The notes under the pieces were generated by a model. That model saw only the letters and a program-made list of their open reading frames with translations. It ran no database searches and had not been told where the DNA came from. The translations under genes were made by a program, and so were the position numbers. Positions 1-12,000 of a stretch of DNA of 64,000 nt are shown here, piece after piece. Numbering within the stretch: the stretch's first letter is position 1; each line of letters begins with the position of its first letter. This stretch comes from Camelus dromedarius (lineage: Eukaryota), in contig NC_087437.1 of assembly GCF_036321535.1 (NCBI RefSeq), positions 50,904,001 through 50,968,000 of the forward strand, read 5' to 3'.

Positions 1-974
1 GTATTAATATATTCAAAGAAGAACTGACCTGCCCTTTATTTTGGAGGAGCCCAGCTCTGGGAAGAAGCTCTTCTCCAAATAAGTTCAGATGAGAGAAAGC
101 CTCCAAGAGAGGGGAAGGATATTTGTCTTTTTGCTTGGTGCCTCAGGAAGAGCTGGGTGGCTTTTGATGTCATGGGGAAAGCACGAGACTTGGAGAACCT
201 GGATTGGAATCCTACCTGACACTTACTAGTGTGTGACCTAAGGTACGTCCCATACCTTTCTGAACCTCAGTGTTCTCCCTTTGTAACCTAGAGATTAAAA
301 TCACCTACCTTACAGAGTTGATGTGAAAGGCAAATGAATAAATGCTACCAAAGTATAAATTCACCTACCATGCTGAGAGGATGGTAGACACTGTGTTATT
401 TAATAGATATTTACTGAGCATTTACTATGTGGCCAGACAAAGTGCTAGGTATTGGGAATACAGAGTTGACCCATGGAATTTAATGACTAATGGGAAAGAG
501 GCATAGAGTAGTCATAAATAATTAAGCAACGAAAAAGTGCTGGGTGCTACTGGAACATCCGAAAGCAAGATTCAATAAACTTGAGGGGAAGAGTCAGATT
601 TGGAGGGAAGAGCAGACGTTCTGATTCATTACTGCATTCCCAGTGCCTAGCTTAGTGTCCGATGCCTTTAGCAGACACTGAATAAACTCCAGTATCACTT
701 TCCTTCTTCCTTTTCCACGAAGGCCTGAGCCTGTCTGCCTGCACCCCCAGTTCCTAGTACGATACTGCCCAAGGGTTAGGGTTCACTCAGTAATAACTCA
801 TTCTGCACGATAAGACCACCTGAGCTCTTGGTTTCCATATCCTGACCCAGTCGTTGCTAGCTCAGTGTCATCCACAGTAATTCTTCTAGGATGGTTGCCT
901 GGCTCTCACTCAGGAAAACACGTCGTGCCTTTGGGGGCTGGCTTAGGCTTAGGCATCATGTGGCTCCTGCTTAC

Positions 975-1212
975 CTGAGATGTAGACCTCATTTTTTAAT
1001 GTCACGCATGCAAATTCCACCCACTTCTTATTCTCACTGTCCAGCTCGTGCTCTGTCATGGGCAGCTTGGCCACCTCCAGGCGGCTGCGCCTCAGGGGGT
1101 CCAGGCAGGTTACCTCTGCCACAAACCGTTCGTCCTTTGTGCAGCCACCGATGATCATAAACACCTCAGACTGGAACTCATGCATCCTGGGCTTGGTGCG
1201 CTCTGAAATGAT
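975..1212 (-). CDS. KLHL6: Kelch-like protein 6, coding exon 4 (start of the Kelch repeats); gene continues beyond the window's left edge
   Basis: Acceptor ttggttttccag|[33 protein letters not shown]...LKNEVYISG, with the Kelch GG motif. Donor CAG|GTAAGC; 238 nt, cumulative 1147. Confidence 0.96.
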
Positions 1213-1244
1213 CTGGAAAACCAATGGGAGTCCATAAAGGCAGA

Positions 1245-1472
1245 ATGGCACAGTGGTTTGGAGCTCAGGCTCTGGAGCCAGAGAAGCAGAGCCCAATTCC
1301 CAATTCTGCTACCGTCTGACCATGTGACTTCACCTCCTTGAGCCTCAGTTTCATCATCTGTAGAAAGGAGATTTTAGTGGTAACAACCTCATAGTTTGTC
1401 ATGAGGATTAAATGATAATATACTTAGTGTGCTTGGCACCGGGCCTGATGTAGAAAGGTACTCAATAAAGAT
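1245..1472 (+). mobile_element. MIR SINE (representative; further MIR-like cores near 190-395, 4870-5110, 10940-11140, 18690-18855, 43220-43425, 44660-44850, 56490-56640, 62545-62760)
   Basis: MIR core tgagcctcagtttcatcatctgtagaaaggagat...gaggattaaatgataata. Confidence 0.8.
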
Positions 1473-3400
1473 TGTCTGTTGTAGATTTTGCTACTTTTTA
1501 AGAAGTTCAAGTCTGTCTACCATCAAATATACTTCCTGCTTCTTCCCTCTAGCCTGGTCAGAAGCACTGAATCCTGGAACTTCATTCTGGCCACCTTCCA
1601 CTCCCCCTTGGTTCCAATTTCTTGAAATCCCAGACTTTGTTCACTACCAGGCTTCTTCTGGAAGAGAAGTTCTGACAGCACGCACACAAGAGCATCCAGA
1701 GACTTAGGAGAAAAGAACCAAAAGGGAGCAGCATGTGGCAGGGAGGTTGGGGGACTGGGTACCAACATCAAGTATTGACCCTTTGGAGTCTTGGACAAGT
1801 GAAGAAATCCACACCACAGATATCTGAACTCAAATGAAAAAGCAGAGATTTGGAGTCCAATACACCAGAGTTCCATGCTGCTTCCATCACCTGTGGTCAT
1901 GTGACCTTGGAGAAGCAACACAATTTCTGTAAAGGCCTATAATCACTCCTATGGCACCAGGTCATCTGCGCATTCATGAGGGACAAGCAGAGCACCTGGC
2001 ACACACACGGCCTTCAATAGCTAGTCACGGTGGTAGGAGCAATGGGAGGTGTCATACTGACATTATTAAGGAAAAGTGAGAGTTGCCCTCCTCCTGGTTC
2101 CATCCATCCTTGGGCTTGATGGGGAAGGTTCCACAGGTGTGCTGATGGGAGACAGAGAGGCAGCACCCATTTCCCACATGGCCAAAGCAGTTACTTTTTC
2201 CTACAAGGTTAATCTGACCTAACACAGACTGTGGAATTTTGGTCTTGCCCATAGATGGTGACAAACAGGTTACAGTTGCAAAGACTGAGCCCATAGTTGG
2301 TGAATCCAATAAAAGGTCACATGTAATCAGACCAGCTAACACTCAATCTCTATTTTCCAATAAGAATCAAAGAATCAGATACAGTAAATTTTGCATCCTC
2401 AATTCTTGAGGCTGGACCGTGGCCGTAAAGTCTGTGGCAGGGCTGTCCTTTGTGGGTCAGCTAAAAGGAGTGGGGATGTGTGTGGCAGGACAAATCCTGG
2501 GCAATGGGCTGGGCCTGAGGGCACTGACAGCAGAAAGGCGAGGCAAGGGTGGGAGGGGTAGTCTGGAAGATGGAGGCACTCTGAGAATACCAAGCTGGTA
2601 GGAGAGGACTGAGCAATGAGTTGGCATCAAAGACAAACTTTGCCACTCTGTGATTTCTACTCCCAGCTACCAGCCCTGGTTCCTGCCCTGAAACCTCCCT
2701 TCCTGACAGCTAAGGTACAACCTCCAGCACCAATCTGGTCCTCCTTCAGGGGGTATTTAGGGATTGTAGAGTGATGCCTAGAGGGCAGCACTAAATTCCC
2801 AGAACTGGTTCCCTGCGATCCTTACTCGAGTTCCAAGAGCCAGGCCTCGGCCTCTCCTCTGAAGCCCCCATCTTATTCACAATGCCTGCTCCCCTGCATC
2901 AATAGCCTGCTGACTAGCAGGAGACCAGACTAGCCATGATCTTACTCCATCTCCTGGGGCTGGCATCCTGGTCCTGAGTCCTGGCTCACGGAAGACTCTC
3001 CTCCCACCAACTGGACCTCTGCATTCCTGTCTGCTTTCTGGATCTCCCCATAGTATCTGCCCTCAGTTTCCCACATCACTTCCCCACCACTTACCCTGTA
3101 AGCCATTTGACATTATTTTCAATGTCACTTTGTTCTTTTGTCCAGGAAGCCATTCTTGCCTTTTCACACATGTTACCACAGTCTTGAATTTCCCCACATC
3201 ACAGCACTTTTCACTCTCCATGTAACGTACTCTAATATCCCTGATGTAAGGAACAGCCCTTTTCATTAATGGATTCTCAGCACCAAGAACAGTGCCTGGA
3301 GATTGTGAGTTTCCATAAATGTTGGCTGAATGAATGAATGAGTGAATGGGCAAGCTAGGTAACCCAGAACCTGATAAAGATTTTTTCCAGTCTAGATCAT

Positions 3401-3884
3401 TGTGGTAAGCAGCCTCCACAATGGCTCCAGCAATCCCCACTTCCTGACATTTACATCCTATGTTGTTCCCTCCACATTGTTCCTGGGTCAGTCTCTATGC
3501 CAGTAGAATACAGTAGTGACAATAAACTACTTCTGAAATTAAGTTATGAAGGTGCTACGGCTTCCATCTTGATGGCTCTCTGTCTTTCTTGGGTCATTTG
3601 CTCTGGGAGAAACCAGCTGCTGTGGAGATGCTTCCAGCCAACAACTAACAAGGAAGTGACACCTGTCTATAATCATGGGAGTGAGCCTGGAAGAGTTCTC
3701 CAGCCCACCTTGAGCTTTGAGATGACTGCAGCCCCAGCCAATAGTAGCTTCAGAAGGGACTCTGAGCCAGAACCACCCACCTAAATCACTCCTAGACTCC
3801 TGACACCTGTTTAATAATAAACATTTGTTGTTTAAAACTGCTGTTTTGGGATAATTCATTGCACAGCAATAGATAACTGATTCA
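3401..3884 (+). mobile_element. MaLR solo LTR (MLT1E/F-like)
   Basis: TG...CA ends and typical MLT1 3' end (aataaacatttgttgtttaa...gcagcaatagataactga-like). 5-bp duplication atcat/gtcat. Confidence 0.8.
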
Positions 3885-5630
3885 GTCATCTAGTTGATGG
3901 CATTGGCTGGGTATTGAGACCTGCCTTGTAACTCGGCACCACAGAACTGCCAAGTGGTGGCACCATTACCAAATTGTAAGTTCTGCTATACTTTGCAAAA
4001 TATTAACCCCAAAAGCATGACAAGTGCCAATCTGAAGTCAGAGATGTGCAAGTTCATTGCAGACACAGGGAACTGTTTGCCAATGAACTGCATGCAATAA
4101 TCAGGCCTAACAGGTTTCAAGTTGTTAAAAATAGAGCAAACAGTTGCACCTTACTGACTACTCATTGTCCACAGAGCTTTAAGAAGAGGACCAAACAGAA
4201 GTAACCATACTGCTTCAACAAAGCTGTCCTCAAGGGTGAGTTTCTGCCCTTCTGTCCTCAGGAGTGAGCCTCCTAGACACCACACATAGAGTAATCTTTG
4301 TTATAGATCAAGTTGCTTCCTGGAAACTTGGGTGGCAATGAAATGAAGGAGTAACTTTCTCTGGCCCAAAAGACCTCTCCCACTGAAGGTACCAGCTACT
4401 ACTCCTAAATCAAATATAAATTGACATTTGCTTTTAGGGTTCTAAAATTTCCCTTTGTCACCACCTCCATGAGCTTAGAGGAGGCACAAGGTTAAAAGGG
4501 AGAGATAATAATAGGACAAGCAGGGTTAAAGTTTGGGAAATAAAGGTTAGGAGGAGAAACATATTCACAGAGTATCCTCAGGCTTACACCAGTGTCATCA
4601 GGAATAAACCTAAGATCATAAAAGCAGTGAGAAGATAGGGAGCTTCAGGGAATCAACTGGCAATGAAACCCAACACAGAGATCACAGTGATTGGTTGGTT
4701 CGGTTACCCAGGTTATAAAATGAGGGTCAGAAAGTACCCTGAACAGGATATGAGGCAATAAGGCAGCAAAAAATCAGGAAACAATGAAAAGAGAGACTTT
4801 AGCCTCAGAGAAAGAAAACCCTTGGTTGTGGGAGATAGAGCAGCACAAAGGAACTGAGGGAGATTAAGAACAGTCTTTATTTGTGGGGCACTTACTCTGT
4901 GTCCGACATTGTGCTAACTCACCTCATTCATTATCTTATTTAATTCTCAGAACAATTCTGTCAGTTGGTAGGTATTATCATCCCCATGTTACAAGTCAGG
5001 ATTGAGCCTTAGAGCAGCCAAGTAACTGGCCCAAGGTCACACTGTAGGTAAACTGGGCAGTCACGTTTAAAGCCCAGATTCACCTGACTACAAGCCCAAA
5101 TTCCTGACACTGGAGAATTTTTCAGTTACCAGAATTCTCGCTCCTCCTAAATCCAAAGCTTATAATCCTACTCCCCCTCTTCCACCCCATTGCAAATATA
5201 AAAGGCAGAGCAGATATTTCATTTTGCAGAAGATATGGTAGAGACATTTTATTTAAGAGGAAAGCCTTTATCACCTGCATTTCAGGGAGCTAGGAAATGG
5301 AAGCTGAAACAGAAATAGCAAGAATGCTGGAAATATAGTTGATCAAGATTCTGTACTTTAAATACTAAACTGAGAGTAGTTGCAGAGATTTGAACTTGTC
5401 TTCAAGAATATGAGGGCTTTCCCAGTGCTGAGCCACTGCCAGTGACCCACACAGCCAGCACAGGACCCACGTGGTTTTCTGGTCTTCCTCCATCAGTCTA
5501 CTCATCACCCTTCATTTGCTGAGTGTTCTATCTTCTCTGAAAGACCATCAGTTTAGTAAGGCAGACACTGTTTTTTGGTCCCTGGTGCCATATCTGGCAT
5601 ACAATTGGTGTTTGGGATTTATTTGTGACA

Positions 5631-6270
5631 AATGAAAACATAGCATATTAAAATATACGGGATGCTGTTAAAGTAGCACTTAGGGGAAATTTTATAGTAC
5701 TAATGACAAGATTAGAAAAAATAAAGGTCTCAAATCAATGCCCTCAACCTCTACCTTAAGAAGCTAGAAAAAGAAGAAAGTAATTACACCCAGAGTAAGC
5801 AGAAGAAAGGAATTAATCGAGATAAAAGGAGAAATAAATGAAATAGAAAATATAAAAACAATAGAGAAAATCAAGTGAAACCAGAGCTGGTTCTTTGAGA
5901 AAAATCAATAAAATTGATAAACCTCTGGTCAAAATGATCGGGGAGGGGGGGGAAGAGGAGACACAAATTACCAATACCTGGAAAGAGAGATGTGTCATCA
6001 CTACAGATTCTACAGATATCAAAAAGAATGATAGGGGAATTCCATGGATAACTCTATGCCAGTAAGTTCAGCAAGTCTATGAAATGGAAAAAGTCTTTGA
6101 AAGATACAAACTACCAAAGACCATTCTAGAAGAAACCGATAACCTGAATATCTCCCCTATATCTATATATCTATTAAAGAAATGCAATTTGTAGTTTAAA
6201 ACCTTCTCACAAAGAAAACTCCTGGTTCTGATAGCATCACTAAAAAATCCCACCAAATATTTAAGGAAGT
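5631..6270 (+). mobile_element. Old L1 ORF2 fragment
   Basis: Decayed A-rich L1 ORF2 sequence (LRGNF, LKKLEKEE, WFFEKINKIDKPL motifs). Confidence 0.85.
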
Positions 6271-6634
6271 GTTTGTAAATAAATGACACTGGATCTGCGG
6301 ACAACACAGAACTAGAAAAAGACATACAGAAAAGGAGAAGGCAACCAAGGGCCTCAGAAAGACAATTTCTAAGGTATTTTGGTTAAGATTTCTACCGCTG
6401 GCCTAATGAAGAAGGCTTGGTAGCCAACCCCAGAACTGTTGTACATTGGTGTACATGTGTGGGTGCTCATGTAAACTTAACAAAGTGTCCCTATGGCACT
6501 ACTTCCTGATTGTTTTGTTCCTCTCACTAAACTTATGCTTGTCTTGATAAAGTTCTAAATAGAATGTTTCATTAGGAAGTGTTAAGGAGAACTGGGTAGA
6601 TCCAAACGATATGTGTATTCATCATCTTGGTACC

Positions 6635-7265
6635 CATTTATTCACTCAGCAAATACTAGCCAATCACTTACTATATACCAGAGACTCTCCTAGGGTTTGG
6701 ATGAAAAGTCCAATGAGACACACTTCCTGCCACAACAAGCTCCCAGTCTAGATATATGTACTGATGAGAAATTCAATAGTTAACACGCAGTAGTTGGTGC
6801 TATGATACAGCAATGTACCAGGTGCTATGAGAATGAGAGGGGCCTCCAGAGAAAGTGATGCTTGAACTGAGTTTTGAAGCTGGAGCAGAAGTTAACTAGA
6901 TGAAGAAGAGGAAAAAGGCATTTGAACAGCACCCGCATTAGCCTGAAGGCTGAAAAAGCAAGTCCACTCTGGGGAACGACAAGCAGTGCATTAGGATGTG
7001 GCAGGAGAGAGAGGTTGGAGATGACACTAGAACAGCAAAGCAGGAGGCCAGGCTCTGGGATTTCAGGCAGAAGTGTGGGCTTTATCCTAAAAGTGGTGGG
7101 GAGCCAGTGAAGAGGCTAAGCCCAGGAGCGAAATGATTAGGCTTGAGTTTTAGATCATTCAGCTGCTGAATGAACTGGTCAGAGGCCAGACGGGCGACAG
7201 GAAGGTGAGTTTTGAGGAATTTTCAGAAACTCAGGAAGGAAATATGAGTCTGAACCTAGGTGATG
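6635..7265 (-). mobile_element. L2 LINE 3' portion
   Basis: catttattcactcagcaaatact end motif; body parallels the L2 at 58.3-59.2 kb. Confidence 0.65.
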
Positions 7266-7663
7266 TCAGAGTAGACCCAAGAGACTCAAGGTTTCCCCTG
7301 AGTGGGCAAACCAGGGAAGGAGCAGCCTGTGGGATGCGACTGGACAGGGCACACTGCCTTCATGTGCACAACTCCCCAATAAAGTCCCGCCCTTACACAA
7401 CTGGAAAGAGGAAGGATGAGCCAGGCACAGTGCTGGGTGATTTCCAGACCTCACCTAATTCTCTCAGTAGCTGTTTACAATGTGGTATCATCCCCAACTT
7501 ACAGATCAGAAATCCACAGAACTGCCTGACTGAAACTATCAACATATAGCATCTGCTCCTCAGTGCCCTAAGGATTTGTGAGCCAGTCACACCTCTATCT
7601 TTGTGAGGTCTGATAATCCTTCACTTCACTAGTTATATACAGTGTCTCTCAAAATCAGCTCAC

Positions 7664-8113
7664 CTCATTGCCAGAAAGGTGGTACATCCTGGCTTCCTGG
7701 AGCAACGGGAAGACCTCTGGGCACTGCCTGATGAGAGGATCTGCTTCCACCGTCTCCACAAAGTACCACGGGTCCAGAAGCGGCAAGCGCACGTTCTCCA
7801 GGATGTAGGGAAGCAAGCAGAGCCGTTCTGACTGTTTGTGCCGGACCCAGCTCATCACAGTCTCAAACACCTGAGACTCCTCTGTCACATAAAGGTCATC
7901 ACTCTTCAAGATGTGGTACAGAGTGTCCACGGGAAGTTCAAGGAACTCCTCGGAGTTCAGAATCTGCACAAAGTTCTGGATGATGTAACTTTGAACTTGC
8001 TTCTTTAGACTGTCCAAGGAGTGTGTGTCTGCCAGCCTCAGTATTCCAACACAGTTTTCTGGGTTCAAGGCTTCTGTGAGGAAGCTGGCACAGGCATCCA
8101 CCATCCGCAGGAA
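7664..8113 (-). CDS. KLHL6: Kelch-like protein 6, coding exon 3 (end of BTB and BACK domain)
   Basis: Acceptor ttctgttcttcag|[35 protein letters not shown]...[11 protein letters not shown]. Donor GAG|GTGAGC; 450 nt, cumulative 909. Confidence 0.97.
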
Positions 8114-8169
8114 CTGAAGAACAGAAGGGCGGTAAAATCAGGCCAGAAAGTGACTAGTCAATAGGAGGT

Positions 8170-9080
8170 TGATCAGTGAAGTTGTAGGTAGTAGCAAAAA
8201 TTTAGAAACAACCTAGGTGACCCACAGAGGGGACCAGGTAAATAAATGAAAATACATTCATATTTTTGACAGCTCCACGGTCATTATGAAAGCAAGTTGT
8301 AGAAGAATATTAAATGATATGGAAAATGTTCATAATGTATTGAGTTTAAAAATCCATTCACTGAATCTTGATCAAGTGTCAGATTTAATCAGCAATTTAC
8401 AGGAAACATAGGGAAAAGAGGAATATGCTGAATGATGCCATGGGAATACAATCAGCAAAACCCAGACTGGGGGAAATTCTCCAAAACAACCAGTTCAGTT
8501 TCTTCAACAAATACATCCAAAGAGGGGGAAGGGTGTAGCTCAAGTGGTAGAGCGCACGCTCAACACCCAATAGGTCAATCCCCAGTACCTTCTCCTCCAA
8601 CTGGAAATCAATGAAGAAACCTAATTACCTTCCCCTCAGAAAACAAACAATACAAGCAAAACAAATACGTCAAAAGAGGGAGAGAGAGAGAGACAGTGGT
8701 GGGGGCAGGGAGGGAAAACCTACAACGAAATAGGGACCTTATTTGGGCCCCTGATTTAAACAAAATAATTTAAATAAATAAATAAATAAACAAACAAACA
8801 AAATAATTTTAAAAGTCAGAGAAATGTTTATAATGGCCAACATTTGGTGATATGAAGCAATTATTATTAATTTTAGTTGTGGTAATGGTGTTGTGGTTAT
8901 ATTTAAAGAAGACTCATGTTTTGGAGCTAGATATTGAAATATTTGCAGGTGAAATGAGAAAGCACTTCGCAAAAACACACATACATTATGATCCTATTTT
9001 TATAAAGAAAAATATATAGAATATAGGCATAGAAAAAAAGACTGAAGGATATAAACCAAAATATTATAGTCGTTGTCTCT
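8170..9080 (+). mobile_element. Old L1M 3' end fragments (host to the SINE at 8525)
   Basis: L1 3'UTR-like sequence such as gtagcaaaaatttagaaacaacctagg and gatattgaaatatttgcaggtgaaatg. Boundaries approximate. Confidence 0.6.
8525..8659 (+). mobile_element. tRNA-derived SINE (camelid Vic-1-like, long form)
   Basis: GGGGAAGGGTGTAGCTCAAGTGGTAGAGCG A-box head and A-rich tail. About 19-bp duplication aacaaatacatccaaagag (8506-8524) / aacaaatacgtcaaaagag (8660-8678). Inserted in an older L1 3' fragment. Confidence 0.85.
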
Positions 9081-12000
9081 CTGTGTATCAGGTATCTTAG
9101 GACAAATCATGCTGCAGTAACAAACAACCCCCAAATGTCAGGGGCTTACAACCATAAATGTTTCATACATTACGTGTCCTGCACAGGACTCTTCATTCTA
9201 AGACCCAGGATGATGGAAAAGCCCTTAAACCTAGATGTGCTTGTCTAGTGACAGAAGGAGAAAAAAGATGGCAGAACCACACAAAGGCTCCTGACACTTT
9301 TGCTCAGAGGTGGCACATGCCATTTCCACACTTAACTGGCCAGAATAAGTCACACGGAAAAATTTGTTGTCAAGGCAACAATAATCCTCCCACAGAAAGA
9401 GTCCCATAGGAATGGATGGAATATACTGTATAAATAATATGAGGCACTACTTGCTCCAATAAAACTATGAGAATTTTTCTTATTTTGTTTATTTATATAC
9501 TTTATAAATCCTCTATAATGAATAAGTAACAGTTTAATAATGAAAAATTGATTTGTAACATTGATCGGCTTCATGTCTTATTTTTAAATTACCATCACCC
9601 TCATAAGACTTTACATACATACATACAGGACTTTACAGCTTACGAAGCGAGCCCTGTCATATCCATTATATTATTTAATACTTATTTTACAGATGAGGTG
9701 TCTCAAATGCACCAGTTCATTCTTATTTGCTGCTTCCCTGGAGAGTAGCTTTTAATGAGTCCAAACTCCATCCTCTCCAACTTGTCCACTGGGCCCCTTA
9801 GAAGGTCAAGTTCTCAGGGTTCCTGGTTTGATCAATTAGAGGAAGGATGGAAAGTGGAAGCAGAGAGGTCAGGAGGGCCTGGTGGGGAGGACTGGTCTGA
9901 AGACAGGGCCTGGTGAGAGTAAAGACAGACTGACCTGATCAGGGTGGGGTGCAGCCTGCAGAGGAGAAACTAATGGCAGGAGCTGGGGGTGCCAGGGTTG
10001 TGGGGCCTGAAGGGAGGGGGCAGGACTGGTCTTAGAGGGGACCATATTGACTTAGGCTTTGTCCTTCACTCCAAGAATCCCAGGAGACACACACCCTTGA
10101 TTGCAGGGATCAATCCCAACTGCAAAATATTATCTTCCCACATCAGACCACAGTTCTCAATTGTCAGTGTAGAGCCATTGACCCGAGGGTCAGCGTTGGA
10201 GAAAGCCTAAATTCTGCTTCAGACCCCCGTCTGCCAGCCCCAACCGCCTGCAGATCTGCTCCCCGCATGAGCAGCTGGGGAGGCAGTTGGGACTGAGAAC
10301 TCTAACACCTGTTCGCTTGTTTGCAGATTTTCAGTTCAAAGAGTAAAAATATACACCCGAGACCAAGCCTCGCTGAGCCCTCGGAGCCTGTGACCAGAGA
10401 CCTTGTGGTTCTGCCCACAGAGACATCTATGAGGGCTGAAAGGGAACTCACTTAGGTGGCAGCCTCCAGAGGAAAACAGCAGGTACACCTTGCCAGCATT
10501 TGCATGAGAGAACGATGATGTGAAAATCAGTGACTTGCTAAATATGTAGACTCTCTCCGGGAGGCCACCCAAGAACCTGGTAACAGTGGTTGCCCCCGGG
10601 AAGGGAACGGATGGCCAGGGTCAGGGGAGAGAGGGAGAATTGCTTTGCATTGTTTACCTTTTTGTAACCCCTCCTATTTAAAATAAATAAAACTTCTCAT
10701 GAATAGAGAAAAAACTAGAAGGAAACACATCAAAATGCTAATAATAGTGGTTATCTCAATTCAGTTTTATAGATAAAGTTATTAATTTGTTTTTTTAGGC
10801 TTTGCTGCATAGACCAAGTTTTCTACACAGAGCATGAAGTTACTTTTAAAATTGAAAAAAATTAAATAAAATAAACACTTTCTGGTAATATCGAGTACAC
10901 AATGAGAAAACAAAATAAAATATAGAAAATAAAATAAAGAGCACTTGCTATGTGCCAGCCCCTTTATGTTAACCAGTGCATTTAATACTCACAGCAACAC
11001 TATAAAGTAGATATTTATTATCATACCTGTTTTATAGATGAGAAAACAGATTCAGAGAAGTGAAGTCATTTCTTCGGAGACATAACTTATAATGAGAAGT
11101 AGAGCTAAAATTTGAAACAGTCTTATCTGATTCTAAAAATGCATGTTTTTACATTAATTCAAATTGCCTCTGGTCGAATAGTGTGTGTGCATAGGACAAG
11201 GGCTTGGCAGAGGCCAAACATGATTTGAACACTTCACCGGAGAGCTCAGATAGTCTGATCTGCACAGACCCAGGAAGGGCTGGCCAACAAGATGCCAGTT
11301 CCTACCCCTGCGTAATGACCACTGATGAGCAAAGACGGGAACCAGGAAGGAGAATAAAATTAAGTACCAAAGCTCACGTTTGTGAGAAACAGTGACCCAG
11401 GCATATCTCCCCCAACTCAGAAACTGTTCATTCATCCATTCATCCACCTGTAATTTTCCAGAATAAGTATTGAGCATCTGTTAGGTTATAGGCCTTCAAT
11501 CAGGGCTGGGGGTACAGGAGGGAGCAGAAAGGGACACAGTGCCTGTGTTCATCAGAGAAGGCAGGCCAGTGGGGGAGGCAGGCAGGAAAAAAATAATCAC
11601 ACAGAAAGTGTACAATTATAGCTATGACAAGTGTTGTATAACAGAATTCAGTGAGTCCACTGCCTAGACTGAAGAAAGTCCCACCCTTACCCCCCGAGCC
11701 ATACCCAATGTGGTGCTAAGTCAGCACCAGGACTCTCTCTGATGGAGTCACACCTGTCTACTCACCTTCTCCAAATAGCCCTAAGCTCACCTGTCACCGT
11801 GCCTTTCTTTGCTCACACCATTTCCTCCATCAGGACCACCTTTCTCCCTCACTACTACCTGCTAAAATTCTGCTCTCCTCACCCAAGCAAGTTTGACTCT
11901 AGAGCCCCACTTTTAAAGAAAGGACTTGGTACAGCTCACTCCAACTGCAAGTTAGAAGTCTTCTTTTAAACTTGCCTTGAAAAGGAGGAAGAAGTGAGTA

